From NCBI GenBank assembly GCA_963790475.1, contig CAWBOS010000010.1, forward strand, positions 448,001-512,000: DNA of 64,000 nt, given 5' to 3'. This document shows, one piece after another, positions 19,986 to 29,260 of the stretch (position 1 is its first letter; each line of letters starts with the position of its first letter). The notes beneath the pieces were generated by a model. It had not been told where the DNA came from. It did not search any database and saw only the letters and a program-made list of their open reading frames with translations. Made by a program: the position numbers and the translations under genes. Source of the stretch: an uncultured delta proteobacterium. GTDB taxonomy: Bacteria > Desulfobacterota > RBG-13-43-22.

Positions 19986-20921
19986 TTATTTTCTAAACTT
20001 CCTCCTGAATCCTACAAGCCCAAGCAAACCAGACCCAAGAAGCAGCATGGTGGCGGGTTCTGTGACAGGCTCTGAGTTATACGAAGGGGATTGATAAGTT
20101 TGCATATTGAAATATTCTTCTGATAACGTAACAGGTTCTCCATATCCAAGTCCGTATGCTTCCATACCTTTATATTTATCATAATTATAATTATCTGCTA
20201 GATAGGCAACCAAATTATTGAAGGTAAAACCACCACCATTTAGTTCACCTAAAAATTTATCAATTTCCCTACCAAAATATGAAACTCCAGAAAAATCATA
20301 AGCACTACCAGAAGTTTTACTAGCAGATGTAAGTATTGAGATGTTATCAAGCTGGCTTAGTTCGTCAATAAAACCACCTGAATTGCAAGAATCAATAATA
20401 ACAATTTTATTCTTATTAGAAGGAAAATAACTTAGATATTGTTTTAGCTCTTTATCAGTAATTCCATAGTTATTGCTTACGCCGTCGCTACCTATAAATA
20501 CTGTATAGTCAGGATTTTCAGAATTTACTTCCAATCCGTGTCCAGTAATATAAAACAAAAAATTTTCTGATTTTGTAAAACTATCGGTCATTAAATTAGC
20601 ATAATTTTGAAAAGTATATCCAATGTTACCTGAAGTTTCATTTAAATTTCCACCAGGTCCACTCTTTCCTGTTTGATATAATGTAAAGCCATAAAAATTA
20701 TCATTATAATATCCAAATTTCCTTGCAAGAACTTCCGCAACTGTTGCTCCTTTATAATCTCGACCTGTATCGTCATTTATCCCAACAAACAATGCAAGCG
20801 TTTTACTGTCATAAAGATTATTATTTGCGGGGTGATCAAAATATATTTCTGAAGAAAAAGCTCCTGACACCAAAAGCAGATAAATCAAAATTCCAAAAAT
20901 AAAGTGTCTCAAAAGTCTCAT
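19986..20921 (-). CDS. Caspase/legumain-like (clan CD) peptidase with PEP-CTERM sorting signal
   Basis: Signal peptide; YITGHG and IIDSCNSG dyad; C-terminus PVTEPATMLLLGSGLLGLVGFRRKFRK; AT-rich body. Confidence 0.8.
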   Translation of the reverse strand: MRLLRHFIFGILIYLLLVSGAFSSEIYFDHPANNNLYDSKTLALFVGINDDTGRDYKGATVAEVLARKFGYYNDNFYGFTLYQTGKSGPGGNLNETSGNIGYTFQNYANLMTDSFTKSENFLFYITGHGLEVNSENPDYTVFIGSDGVSNNYGITDKELKQYLSYFPSNKNKIVIIDSCNSGGFIDELSQLDNISILTSASKTSGSAYDFSGVSYFGREIDKFLGELNGGGFTFNNLVAYLADNYNYDKYKGMEAYGLGYGEPVTLSEEYFNMQTYQSPSYNSEPVTEPATMLLLGSGLLGLVGFRRKFRK

Positions 20922-20968
20922 TTTATATCTCCTTAAACATTAATATTAATTCATTAAAACTGAAGCTA

Positions 20969-21070
20969 CTATGCTGCGTCCGTGAAGACGGCGTCCGCAA
21001 ATGCTGACGTCGACATGATGACCATGAAAAGCATTACAATAAAAAAACAATTGCGTCTTAAAGAACCCAT
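20969..21070 (-). pseudogene. Signal-peptide-only stub of a secreted protein
   Basis: RBS AAGGAG; MGSLRRNCFFIVMLFMVIMSTSAFA-DAVFTDAA*. Confidence 0.45.
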
Positions 21071-21154
21071 AAAATCTCCTTTCTCAATGTCATCCACGCC
21101 TTGCTGAAAAGTGTGGAAGAGTCGCAAAGCCCTTTCATTTAATCCTTATACTTA

Positions 21155-21374
21155 TGCAACTGCTAAGCCAAAAATATAACAATCAGTAATTATTATATAA
21201 TTATAGATATGTCAAGGATAAAAGTTCCCAAATCTGTAAAGTAATCTGACAATAAAACGGGATACCGCAAGTCATAAAAATAGGCACATAGAAAAATATC
21301 AAGTTATTTCGATGAGAAACAAAGAAATAGGCCGGATTTGGGGAGAGATTAAAATTATGTAAAGAATCCCGACA
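21155..21374 (-). promoter_or_regulatory. Sigma54 promoter with two TGT-N11-ACA enhancer sites
   Basis: TGGCTTAGCAGTTGCA (21170-21155, GG-N10-GC); TGTAAAGTAATCTGACA 21235-21251; TGTAAAGAATCCCGACA 21358-21374. Confidence 0.75.
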
Positions 21375-21496
21375 TTTTTACAAAAAACCCAAATGGCCTG
21401 GTCCGAGAGAGTCTTGTTAAGGGATGCTAAAAGAAAAAGTGTTTTTTTTGTGCTCAGAGATTAAAAAAGATTTTTATTGTGTTATGCAACCTCATT

Positions 21497-21655
21497 AACG
21501 ATTATCGATTGAACTCTTGTCTTTTTTCAAAAATGAAAATCTGAAGAGTTCAGGTCAGGAAGAACCCATCAAGTTTCCTCGAAAATTACCCCAAAACCCC
21601 TAATTCAATGATTGCACCTTCTCATGTTTGCTATGTACTGGAGAATTGTGAGATG
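21497..21655 (-). repeat. Family D site, near-full unit
   Basis: TCCAG-N10-ACATGAGAAGGTGCAA-N44-GGGTTCTTCCTGA...ATTTTTGAAAAAAGACAAGAGTTCAATCGATAATCGTT. Confidence 0.7.
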
Positions 21656-21725
21656 TCCCTCTCCTTGCAGGACAAAAATTCCGATCTGATGCTTGATGAA
21701 AACCTTAAAAAAGCCACAGTCAGGT

Positions 21726-22487
21726 TCACCATAGACCGGGAATCAGGGCCCTTCGCTCCGGGGGATAATCAGGAAAATATCCCTTGTACCAACGATGATG
21801 TGCCCGAGCCCGTGGGATTAAATTTGCCATCGTCCACAAGGCAAAGGAAAATCCTGCCAGAGACCAGGTTGCGATCGCCCAGCCAATCCAAATGAGAATT
21901 TCACCCAGGTAATTCGGGCAAGAGATAAAACGGAACATTCCCTTGTCGGTGATTTTATAATTTTTTTCCCCCGGCTGACGTAGATTTCTAAGTTCCATAT
22001 CCGCCTGACGGTTCAATACAAAACCGATGAGGAATAAGGCGACTCCGCAAATCAACCGGGGATCCCTGAGCCATTCGTTGCCGTAGCCTTCAGAAAACGA
22101 AAACAGATAACTTCCATTCAAATAGGCATTTGCCGAGTTGAAAATTAATCCGAGACTCATCACCAGAACCGGCATTCGTTTTACCGTAGTCCGCAAAGTA
22201 AACGGGTAAATAAAAGCGCGGTGGATGTAGTGGGCTTCCCACAGGCAGAAAAAGAGGAATAGAACCGGAGTTTTTTCATTGCCGCCAACCACAAAACACA
22301 CGGCAAACAATACCGGTGATATGGATTCCATGACCACCCATCCTATCCTGTCGGACACGGTTGCCCCCCAACCCCTGCGGGCGTAACGTCCATAGGGTGC
22401 TGCTATATAAAAAAGGGAAATGAAAATAATCAGCGCCAGAACGACCCATCCTACAACCAATCCATTATAAAATGTCAGGCCGGTCAT
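21726..22487 (-). CDS. 3-oxo-5-alpha-steroid 4-dehydrogenase (SRD5A) family membrane reductase
   Basis: APYGRY, HYIHRAFIYP, LRNLR, FISCPNYLGEILIW, RARAHHRWY. Confidence 0.85.
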   Translation of the reverse strand: MTGLTFYNGLVVGWVVLALIIFISLFYIAAPYGRYARRGWGATVSDRIGWVVMESISPVLFAVCFVVGGNEKTPVLFLFFCLWEAHYIHRAFIYPFTLRTTVKRMPVLVMSLGLIFNSANAYLNGSYLFSFSEGYGNEWLRDPRLICGVALFLIGFVLNRQADMELRNLRQPGEKNYKITDKGMFRFISCPNYLGEILIWIGWAIATWSLAGFSFALWTMANLIPRARAHHRWYKGYFPDYPPERRALIPGLW

Positions 22488-22505
22488 CCGATATCTTTCA
22501 GTATT

Positions 22506-23486
22506 TCAGGGAAGCCGGCCATTCGACTTGAACCAATTAAGGGTATCAGCAATGGTTTCTTTGAGCGGCCGCGGATGATAACCGAGCTCTGTGCTCGCTT
22601 TGGCATGGCTGACCTTCTTATTTCCCCGGAGGGCAGCCAAAGACACTTTGGTAAAAAGGGGCCGTTTCCCGGAAAAGTGAGCCAGGCGGGTTGCAATCGG
22701 GGCCCCGATATCGGCCAGCCATAAAGGGCAGGTCCATCGGGGTGGAGTTATCTCCAAGATCTCTTTCAGCATGAACGCCAGATCAGGCATCGAGGCCCAG
22801 TGTCCTGACAGAAGATATTTCGAGCCCCGCGTGGCCAGTTCTTCGGCTCTCATCGCCCCATAGGCGACATCGCGCGCGTCAACCCAGTCAAATCCGCCAT
22901 TGACCAGGGCGGGGAACTTCCCACAGGCCATGGATAACAGGACCTCACCGAAATGGGAAGGATAATAGTCATAGGGGCCGATCACGCCGGTCGGATTGAT
23001 AATTACGGCGTTGAGTCCTCTTTCCATCCCTCTTAGAATTTCTTTTTCTCCTCCGGCCTTGGAAATATCGTAAGGAGGGGCACCTTCCGAGGAGACCGGC
23101 GGCCGGGTCTCATCCACGGGACTATCTAAAGGTTCCTGTTCCAGGGCGTGGATCGAACTGAAATGAATCAGCCGACTCACGCCGTGGCGAAGACAGGCTT
23201 CCACCACATTCTTGGTGCCGGCCACATTGATTGACTGGCACTTTTCCCTCTCATTCATTCGCAGAGATATATATCCCGCCAGATGATAAACGACATCAAC
23301 CCCTTCAAAGGCCCTAAGAAGGGAATCAAGGTCACAGGTATTCCCTTTAACGATATCTACATCCAATCCTTCAAAGGCCTGTCCATTCAGGTGCTGCAGC
23401 ACACTCACCTTTCTACCCTCAGCCATCAATGCTCGGATCAGATTGGCTCCGATATGCCCGCTGGCACCGGTTACTATTGTTTTCAT
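22506..23486 (-). CDS. NAD-dependent epimerase/dehydratase (dihydroflavonol-reductase/HpnA-like SDR)
   Basis: TGASGHIG, YDISK, NPTGVIGP, VDARDVA. Confidence 0.85.
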   Translation of the reverse strand: MKTIVTGASGHIGANLIRALMAEGRKVSVLQHLNGQAFEGLDVDIVKGNTCDLDSLLRAFEGVDVVYHLAGYISLRMNEREKCQSINVAGTKNVVEACLRHGVSRLIHFSSIHALEQEPLDSPVDETRPPVSSEGAPPYDISKAGGEKEILRGMERGLNAVIINPTGVIGPYDYYPSHFGEVLLSMACGKFPALVNGGFDWVDARDVAYGAMRAEELATRGSKYLLSGHWASMPDLAFMLKEILEITPPRWTCPLWLADIGAPIATRLAHFSGKRPLFTKVSLAALRGNKKVSHAKASTELGYHPRPLKETIADTLNWFKSNGRLP

Positions 23487-23602
23487 AAAATTTCAGAAAT
23501 TTCAATTAGGTTTGTTAGATCCTGGCAATGATCATCCGAGAATTTATCTCTAACATTCTATCCAAGGCCCCCTATGACCCCCCCAATTTCAAATATATTT
23601 GG

Positions 23603-24682
23603 TTAGGTTTTGAAGCAATGCAGAAAGTCATAGATCACCTTTCCCGTATCGGCCCAGTTGGGATGCTTAACAAAAGTCCGGCGTGCGGCCAAGCTCATCC
23701 CCAGGAGGCCTTCCCGGTTTTCGGCCAGCTCATGAATATGGGAGCTTAAGGTTTCTGCATCCCCGGGTGCGACGAGAAAGCCGTTGAGACCATGGGTCAC
23801 GATTTCGTCTGCTCCTCCCGCCTGCGAGGCGATAGCCGGCAGACCAAAGCCCATCCCCTCCAGGTAGACGATCCCAAAACCCTCCCATGACGAGGGGACT
23901 ACAAGAAGTTGACTCTGCCTAAATAGCTGTTCCAGGTCCGGATCAGAAACTTCACCCACAAAGGATATCCGGTCACCAAGCTGCGCCTCGCGGATTTGCC
24001 TATGAATAGCACTAACATAACCTTGGTCCCAGGCCGGGTTCCCGACCACGGTGAGACGCCAGAGCCTGGTTTCGATCGTTGAAAGGGCGGAAATCACGGT
24101 ATGGAGAGATTTTCGGGGAATGAGAGCCCCGAGAAAAAGAAGTTCGAGAGGGCCAGGCCTGGTTGCCCTTAAGACCAGGTCCTTTTCCGTGAGTGTGCTT
24201 GAGAATCGGTCTCCCGCCGGGTAGGCCACTACCCACGGCTTATCGTTCCCGATCAGCCGGAGGGCTGCCTGAGCGGTGTTCCGGCTGTTGCAAACCAATC
24301 CATCGACAATAGAGAAAAATCGTTTTTCGATAATCCGGTAAAATCGGTTTTTCCTCCTTGGGTGTTCCTCTTGGCAGCGAAGATGATGAACCACGGTAAT
24401 AATCGGAACCGGGAGGGTGCGGCGCAGGCGGTTGTTGAGCAGGAAGAACGAAGGGTGGACCAGTTCATCTTCCAGGACCAGGTCCGGGGAGAAGTCCTTT
24501 AGCTTAGGCAAAAAGGAAAACGAAATATTAAAGATCAGGGACCGCCCATAGCGTCTCCAAGGCACGGAGAAGACCTCGACCGTATCCCCCTGTTCCCGGA
24601 GATAGCGGACGAACATGCGGTCATAGAGAAATCCACCGGTCATCGTCTCGATGTCGCCGTAGACGATAAGTCCGATTCTCAC
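23603..24682 (-). CDS. Glycosyltransferase family 4
   Basis: TGGFLYDR N-terminus; PSSWEGFGIVYLEGM. Confidence 0.88.
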   Translation of the reverse strand: MRIGLIVYGDIETMTGGFLYDRMFVRYLREQGDTVEVFSVPWRRYGRSLIFNISFSFLPKLKDFSPDLVLEDELVHPSFFLLNNRLRRTLPVPIITVVHHLRCQEEHPRRKNRFYRIIEKRFFSIVDGLVCNSRNTAQAALRLIGNDKPWVVAYPAGDRFSSTLTEKDLVLRATRPGPLELLFLGALIPRKSLHTVISALSTIETRLWRLTVVGNPAWDQGYVSAIHRQIREAQLGDRISFVGEVSDPDLEQLFRQSQLLVVPSSWEGFGIVYLEGMGFGLPAIASQAGGADEIVTHGLNGFLVAPGDAETLSSHIHELAENREGLLGMSLAARRTFVKHPNWADTGKVIYDFLHCFKT

Positions 24683-25059
24683 GAGAGTACTTCGGAGTAA
24701 GAGGCCCAGGCCTGATTATTCTCCCAGATTTTTACCGTAAGTGCTGCCAGGTGGGGCAAAGGGCCCTCCTGTCGGATATCGGTCGAGATAATTCGGGCCA
24801 AGTGCTCGATACTGGGATTGAGCCCGTCAAACTGGGACAAATCATTGAGGAGCCTGTCCTGGTAAAAGGTCAAGATTTTTTCCAATCTCGTTTCCAGGTC
24901 AACAATGTCAATCAAATATCCGTGGGTGTCCAGCCCTGGCCCCGAGACCTCCACCTCAATGCGGTATTGATGGGCATGGGCGAAATTCTCAGGCCCCCAG
25001 TTCCCTCCGAAGAGGAAGTGCCGGGCAACAAACTCACGCTGAATGGCAACGCTGTACAT
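24679..25059 (-). CDS. 6-pyruvoyl-tetrahydropterin synthase (COG0720) family protein
   Basis: FVARH...HAHQYRIEV...GYLIDI...NPSIE...IWEN; lacks the QueD catalytic Cys. Confidence 0.82.
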   Translation of the reverse strand: MYSVAIQREFVARHFLFGGNWGPENFAHAHQYRIEVEVSGPGLDTHGYLIDIVDLETRLEKILTFYQDRLLNDLSQFDGLNPSIEHLARIISTDIRQEGPLPHLAALTVKIWENNQAWASYSEVLS

Positions 25060-25071
25060 AGTCAGATTCTT

Positions 25072-26094
25072 TCAATAGGCCAAAACAACCTGGAGGCAGT
25101 CTCCGGGGTTTTCATCCAACAGGGAATAGGCTTCTCCCGCCTCGGAAAAGGGAAAGGAGTGGGTAATGAGACCTGAAGGCTTAGCCTCCGCCAGAAGGCG
25201 CCAGGCGAGCCCAAGAAGCCGTTTCTTGGTCCACCTCTCCTCCAAGCTGGGATCAATGCTGCTCACTTGGCTGCTCATGATCCGGATCCGGCTTCTGTGG
25301 AAAGACCCTCCCAGGTGCAGGGTAGCGTCTTTCGTGCCATACCAGGAGCCGATTACAATCCTGCCGGCGAATCCGGTAATGGCGATGGCCTGATCCAGGG
25401 CTTCCGGGTTTCCCGATATCTCATAGGTCAGATCTGCCCCCCGATACTCTCCCAGCCCCTGAAGAAGGGAGATAATCTCCTGGTCTGGGCACCCGGCCGG
25501 GTCGATACTTTTGTCGGCCCCTATTTGTTCGGAAGCTTTACGCCTGGCCGGAAAGCGGTCGAGAGTGAGGAGGCAGGCCAAAGGCATCCGGGATAGGATG
25601 GCCGTGACCAGGAGCCCCACAACTCCCTGTCCAAAAACGGCCACCTGTTCCCCTACCGATGGGTTCCCATCCAGGAGAAGGGTTAAGGCGGTCTCCATAT
25701 TGGGGAGAAAAACCGCATCCGGGATCGCCAGGTTGGAAGGAACAGGGTAAAGCTCGGTCACCTTGGCTGAAAAATAATTCTGATGAGGTTGGAAGGCAAA
25801 AACTTTCCTCCCCTGCCACAGAGGATCTACTCCGGGACCCAGGGAGACCACCTCGCCAACCGCGGCATATCCGTACTTCATGGGAAAGGAGAAGGTCCCC
25901 TCGAGGGCTTCGATGGTGGCGTCCACTGCCAGGCCCGACGGGGTTTGGCCCCGATAGAGAAGAAGTTCTGTTCCCGCACTGATGGCTGAAACAATTGTTT
26001 TGACGGTTACCTCGGCCTCGGAAGGGCCGGAGAGTTCTTCCTCTCTGATTCCCACTTGATAAGGGGCCTCAAACCAGAGGGCCTGTCTCTTCAT
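25072..26094 (-). CDS. Zinc-binding alcohol dehydrogenase family oxidoreductase
   Basis: SAISAGTE, GYAAVG, GQGVVG, FHRSRIRIMSSQV. Confidence 0.85.
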   Translation of the reverse strand: MKRQALWFEAPYQVGIREEELSGPSEAEVTVKTIVSAISAGTELLLYRGQTPSGLAVDATIEALEGTFSFPMKYGYAAVGEVVSLGPGVDPLWQGRKVFAFQPHQNYFSAKVTELYPVPSNLAIPDAVFLPNMETALTLLLDGNPSVGEQVAVFGQGVVGLLVTAILSRMPLACLLTLDRFPARRKASEQIGADKSIDPAGCPDQEIISLLQGLGEYRGADLTYEISGNPEALDQAIAITGFAGRIVIGSWYGTKDATLHLGGSFHRSRIRIMSSQVSSIDPSLEERWTKKRLLGLAWRLLAEAKPSGLITHSFPFSEAGEAYSLLDENPGDCLQVVLAY

Positions 26095-26813
26095 TCCCCA
26101 GCCCAATCCGGATCGGCCCGGAGCATCATATCGTTTCCAACCTTCTCATAACAAATGTTGACAAAACGGGGGAAACGGTTCGGCTCGACATCGGCAATGG
26201 CATCAATGATACGAATGCCTCCCACCAGAAGGGGGGTTATGCTGACCACGATCTGGTTCACTGCTTTGGCCAGGAGAAAGCTCTTGATCACCTCGGCGCC
26301 GCCCTCGACCATTATACTGAGAATACCCATCTGGCCCAGATGAGTGAGCAGAGTCCTAATATCGATGCGCCCATCTGGGCCGGAGGGAAGACGAAAGACC
26401 TTGGCTCCGCAGGCTTCCAGGGACCGCTCCCGGTCCGCACCAGCGCTATCGGTGGTAAAGATCCAAGGCTTACGACCGTTACAGTCTAAAAGCCTGGCGT
26501 AGGGAGGAAACCTGAGCCGGCTGTCCAGGATCAGGGGCTGGGGATCTCGACCTTCCACCATTCTGACCGTAAGCCGGGGATCATCGGCCAGCACCGAACC
26601 AATACCAACGAGGATGGCATCATGCATGGCCCGAAGATTGTGGGTGAGAACGAGGGACTCGGCGCAGCTTATGGCCAGAGGATATCCCGGTCGAAGAGCA
26701 ATGCTCCCGTCAAGACTTTGAGCGTAGCTTATAGTCACGAAGGGGAGCCCTGATTCTTTGGTGAAGTTTTTCCCGAGTTCGAGTTTGTGTTGTACTTCGC
26801 TGAGTAGGGTCAT
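26091..26813 (-). CDS. RibD C-terminal reductase domain protein (no deaminase domain)
   Basis: PFVTISYAQSLDGSIA, DAILVGIG..LADDPRLTVR, MVEGGA. Confidence 0.85.
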   Translation of the reverse strand: MTLLSEVQHKLELGKNFTKESGLPFVTISYAQSLDGSIALRPGYPLAISCAESLVLTHNLRAMHDAILVGIGSVLADDPRLTVRMVEGRDPQPLILDSRLRFPPYARLLDCNGRKPWIFTTDSAGADRERSLEACGAKVFRLPSGPDGRIDIRTLLTHLGQMGILSIMVEGGAEVIKSFLLAKAVNQIVVSITPLLVGGIRIIDAIADVEPNRFPRFVNICYEKVGNDMMLRADPDWAGE

Positions 26814-27096
26814 TTTCGGCTGCCTAATCCCTTGGCCGTGAAGGCCGGTTTTTTGACGAGTGTCCCCGGGCAACGGAAAATAGGCTAAAAGACTTTAATA
26901 CCAGTGTGCAATAAGTTCAATTGATCGGAGAAACGACCGCCCACCCCGGGTTCCCATAAGAAAAGGCGGTTTACCCTGACCAGTCCTGCCGGTCCTGCCA
27001 CTTTCAAAGAACTTACTTGGTGATCAGAAAAGTATAAAACAAGGAAAAGACATGGTCAAGGAGAAAACAAGGAGAAAACAAGTAAGATTCCAAACC

Positions 27097-27125
27097 TTGA
27101 CCTTTCCCCTCTTTTTTTCTATAAT
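27097..27125 (+). promoter_or_regulatory. Sigma70 promoter
   Basis: TTGACC-17 nt-TATAAT. Confidence 0.6.
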
Positions 27126-27315
27126 AAAAACTGGTCTGGTGAACCGGGGCCTTTTATTAATAAGCAGATTGAAACAGCGGGCCTGCATTGCCGAAACACT
27201 GACTATGTTTTTTCTTTAAACATTGGGCATGCTGCAATTTTCCATAAATTTTTACACTAACGAGGTGAAGATTGAGGGTAGGGGTTGTCTATAATAACTT
27301 GGAAAGGACTTACCA

Positions 27316-28773
27316 GTGAAGATTAAAACCGCCCAGGATTATTTGAAGAGTTTGAGAAAATTAAATCATGTGGTTTACTACAAAGGAAAAAGGATCAAGG
27401 ATGTGACCCGCCATCCGGCCACGGCTCCCCACGTGCGGGCTGCAGCCGTGACTTATGCCCTGGCCAATGATCCGGAGTATAAGGAACTGGCTACGGCCGT
27501 CTCCCATTTGACCGGTCAGACCATCAGCCGCTTTACCCATGTTCACCAGAATGTGGAAGATTTGATCAAGAAGGTCAAACTGCTGCGTGTTCTGGGGCAA
27601 AAAACCGGTTCTTGCTTCCAGCGCTGTGTGGGTTTGGACGGGATCAATGCCGTCTATTCCGTGGCTTATGAGATCGATCAGAAATACAAGACCAATTATT
27701 TCGAACGGTTTAAAAAATGGTTGATCGTGATTCAAGAGGAAAATTATATGGTAGTCGGGGCCATGACCGATCCCAAAGGGGACCGCTCCAAAGGCCCGGC
27801 CGAACAAATCGACCCGGATCAATATGTCCATATCGTTGAACGCCGGGAAGACGGTCTGATTATTCGAGGGGCCAAATTGCACATGACCGGGGGGGTTAAT
27901 TCTCACGAGATCCTGATTATGCCTACCACGGCTATGGATGAAAAATCCAAGGACTATGCTTTGGTCTGCGCTGTTCCGGCCAATGCCCCCGGGATAACCA
28001 TGATTTTCGGCCGTCAGGCCAATGACAACCGCAAGGATAATCGAGAACGGATCGATGCCGGAAACCCTGTCTTCGGGGGGGTCGGCGGAGAAGCGGTTAT
28101 TGCCTTTGAAAATGTTTTTGTGCCCTGGGACCGGGTATTCATGAACGGGGAAACGGAATTTACCAGTCCCCTGGTTTATCGTTTCGCCGCTCATCACCGG
28201 GCCAATTACGGAGGCTGTAAAACAGGTTTGATTGATGTCCTGACCGGTGCCGTGACCTATCTGACCCAGATTCAGGGTACGTCCAAGGCCTCTCACGTAA
28301 GGGATAAGATTACGGAGATGATCCATTTGGGTGAAACCCTTTACAGTTCTTCTATCGCCTGTGCCGCAGAGGGCTGTCCCACCCCTTCCGGGGCCTATAT
28401 GGTGGATACCATGCTGGCCAATGTGGGTAAGCAGAATGTGACCCGTTTCCATTTCGAGGTGGCCCGGTTGGCCGCCGACCTGGCCGGAGGGTTTCTGGCC
28501 ACCCTGCCCAGCGAATACGATCTTAAAAGTGAGGATGTGGGGCACCTGGTCAAGAAATATTTTTCAGGGGTGAATCATATTCCTACCGAAGATCGGATCA
28601 AGATCGGACGGCTGATCGAAAGCATGACCGGAGGTACGGCCCTGGTGGAATCCATGCACGGGGCCGGGTCCCCCCAAGCCCAGCGGGTCATGATTCTGCG
28701 GGAAGGGGATTTGGAAAAGAAGGTGAATCTGGCCAAAGCCCTGGCCGGAATACCCCCTACCCGGGGGAAATAA
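27316..28773 (+). CDS. 4-hydroxybutyryl-CoA dehydratase-like (AbfD/HpaB family) protein
   Basis: CFQRCVGLD, MTDPKGDRS, HRANYGGCK, ESMHGAGSPQAQ. Confidence 0.85.
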   Translation: MKIKTAQDYLKSLRKLNHVVYYKGKRIKDVTRHPATAPHVRAAAVTYALANDPEYKELATAVSHLTGQTISRFTHVHQNVEDLIKKVKLLRVLGQKTGSCFQRCVGLDGINAVYSVAYEIDQKYKTNYFERFKKWLIVIQEENYMVVGAMTDPKGDRSKGPAEQIDPDQYVHIVERREDGLIIRGAKLHMTGGVNSHEILIMPTTAMDEKSKDYALVCAVPANAPGITMIFGRQANDNRKDNRERIDAGNPVFGGVGGEAVIAFENVFVPWDRVFMNGETEFTSPLVYRFAAHHRANYGGCKTGLIDVLTGAVTYLTQIQGTSKASHVRDKITEMIHLGETLYSSSIACAAEGCPTPSGAYMVDTMLANVGKQNVTRFHFEVARLAADLAGGFLATLPSEYDLKSEDVGHLVKKYFSGVNHIPTEDRIKIGRLIESMTGGTALVESMHGAGSPQAQRVMILREGDLEKKVNLAKALAGIPPTRGK

Positions 28774-28961
28774 ACTTGATAAATAGTATCAATTTAGCTT
28801 TTTGGGAAAAGTTGTTCTAATAATTGTCTGATTGGTCATGAGTTTCAAAAACCTAAAGTGTTTCGATAAATATTATTAAGTTCGCTTCATTATTCCTATC
28901 GAACTTTTAACCGGCTGAACGGTTACGATATTCGGGAAGTCTCTTTTCTGATTTCTTTTAG

Positions 28962-29245
28962 GTAAACCCCCGGCTCTGCCGGAGGATCCTAAAGTTTGAC
29001 CATTCCGGGATTATGGTTTTTTAATAGCGACAACGAGTAACAGATGTTTTCCATTTGAAGACCAAACTTTGCCTGGATCGTCATTCCGGAGAAATCCGGA
29101 ATCTAGAGATTCTAAAAGGGTTAGGAAAAGCTCTGGACCCCGGCTTTCGCCGGGGAGACGGCTACAAAGGTTTTAGATTTTTTTTGTGAGCCCCTTTAAG
29201 GGGCTAAAATATTCAAGCCTCCGGCTCTGCCGGAGGTGGGTGACT
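28962..29245 (+). mobile_element. IS200/IS605-like non-autonomous remnant containing a family B doublet (29079-29160)
   Basis: Direct-oriented subterminal hairpins CCCCGGCTCTGCCGGAGG and CCTCCGGCTCTGCCGGAGG; no transposase between them. Confidence 0.6.
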
Positions 29246-29260
29246 TTCAAAGGAAGTGGA

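Noticed and set aside
19421-19996. ORFs 19421-19771, 19497-19760, 19627-19812 and 19811-19996
   Set aside because: They overlap the group II intron RNA and show no RT or other protein motifs.
21497-21513. Family D core as a simple Fur-like operator
   Set aside because: It resembles GATAATC dyads, but copies also lie downstream of terminators and within a longer fixed-spacing unit. Not fully excluded.
27361-28545. Long antisense ORF (394 aa) and similar shadow ORFs opposite ilv/leu/asd genes
   Set aside because: They lie opposite well-supported genes and have no motifs.
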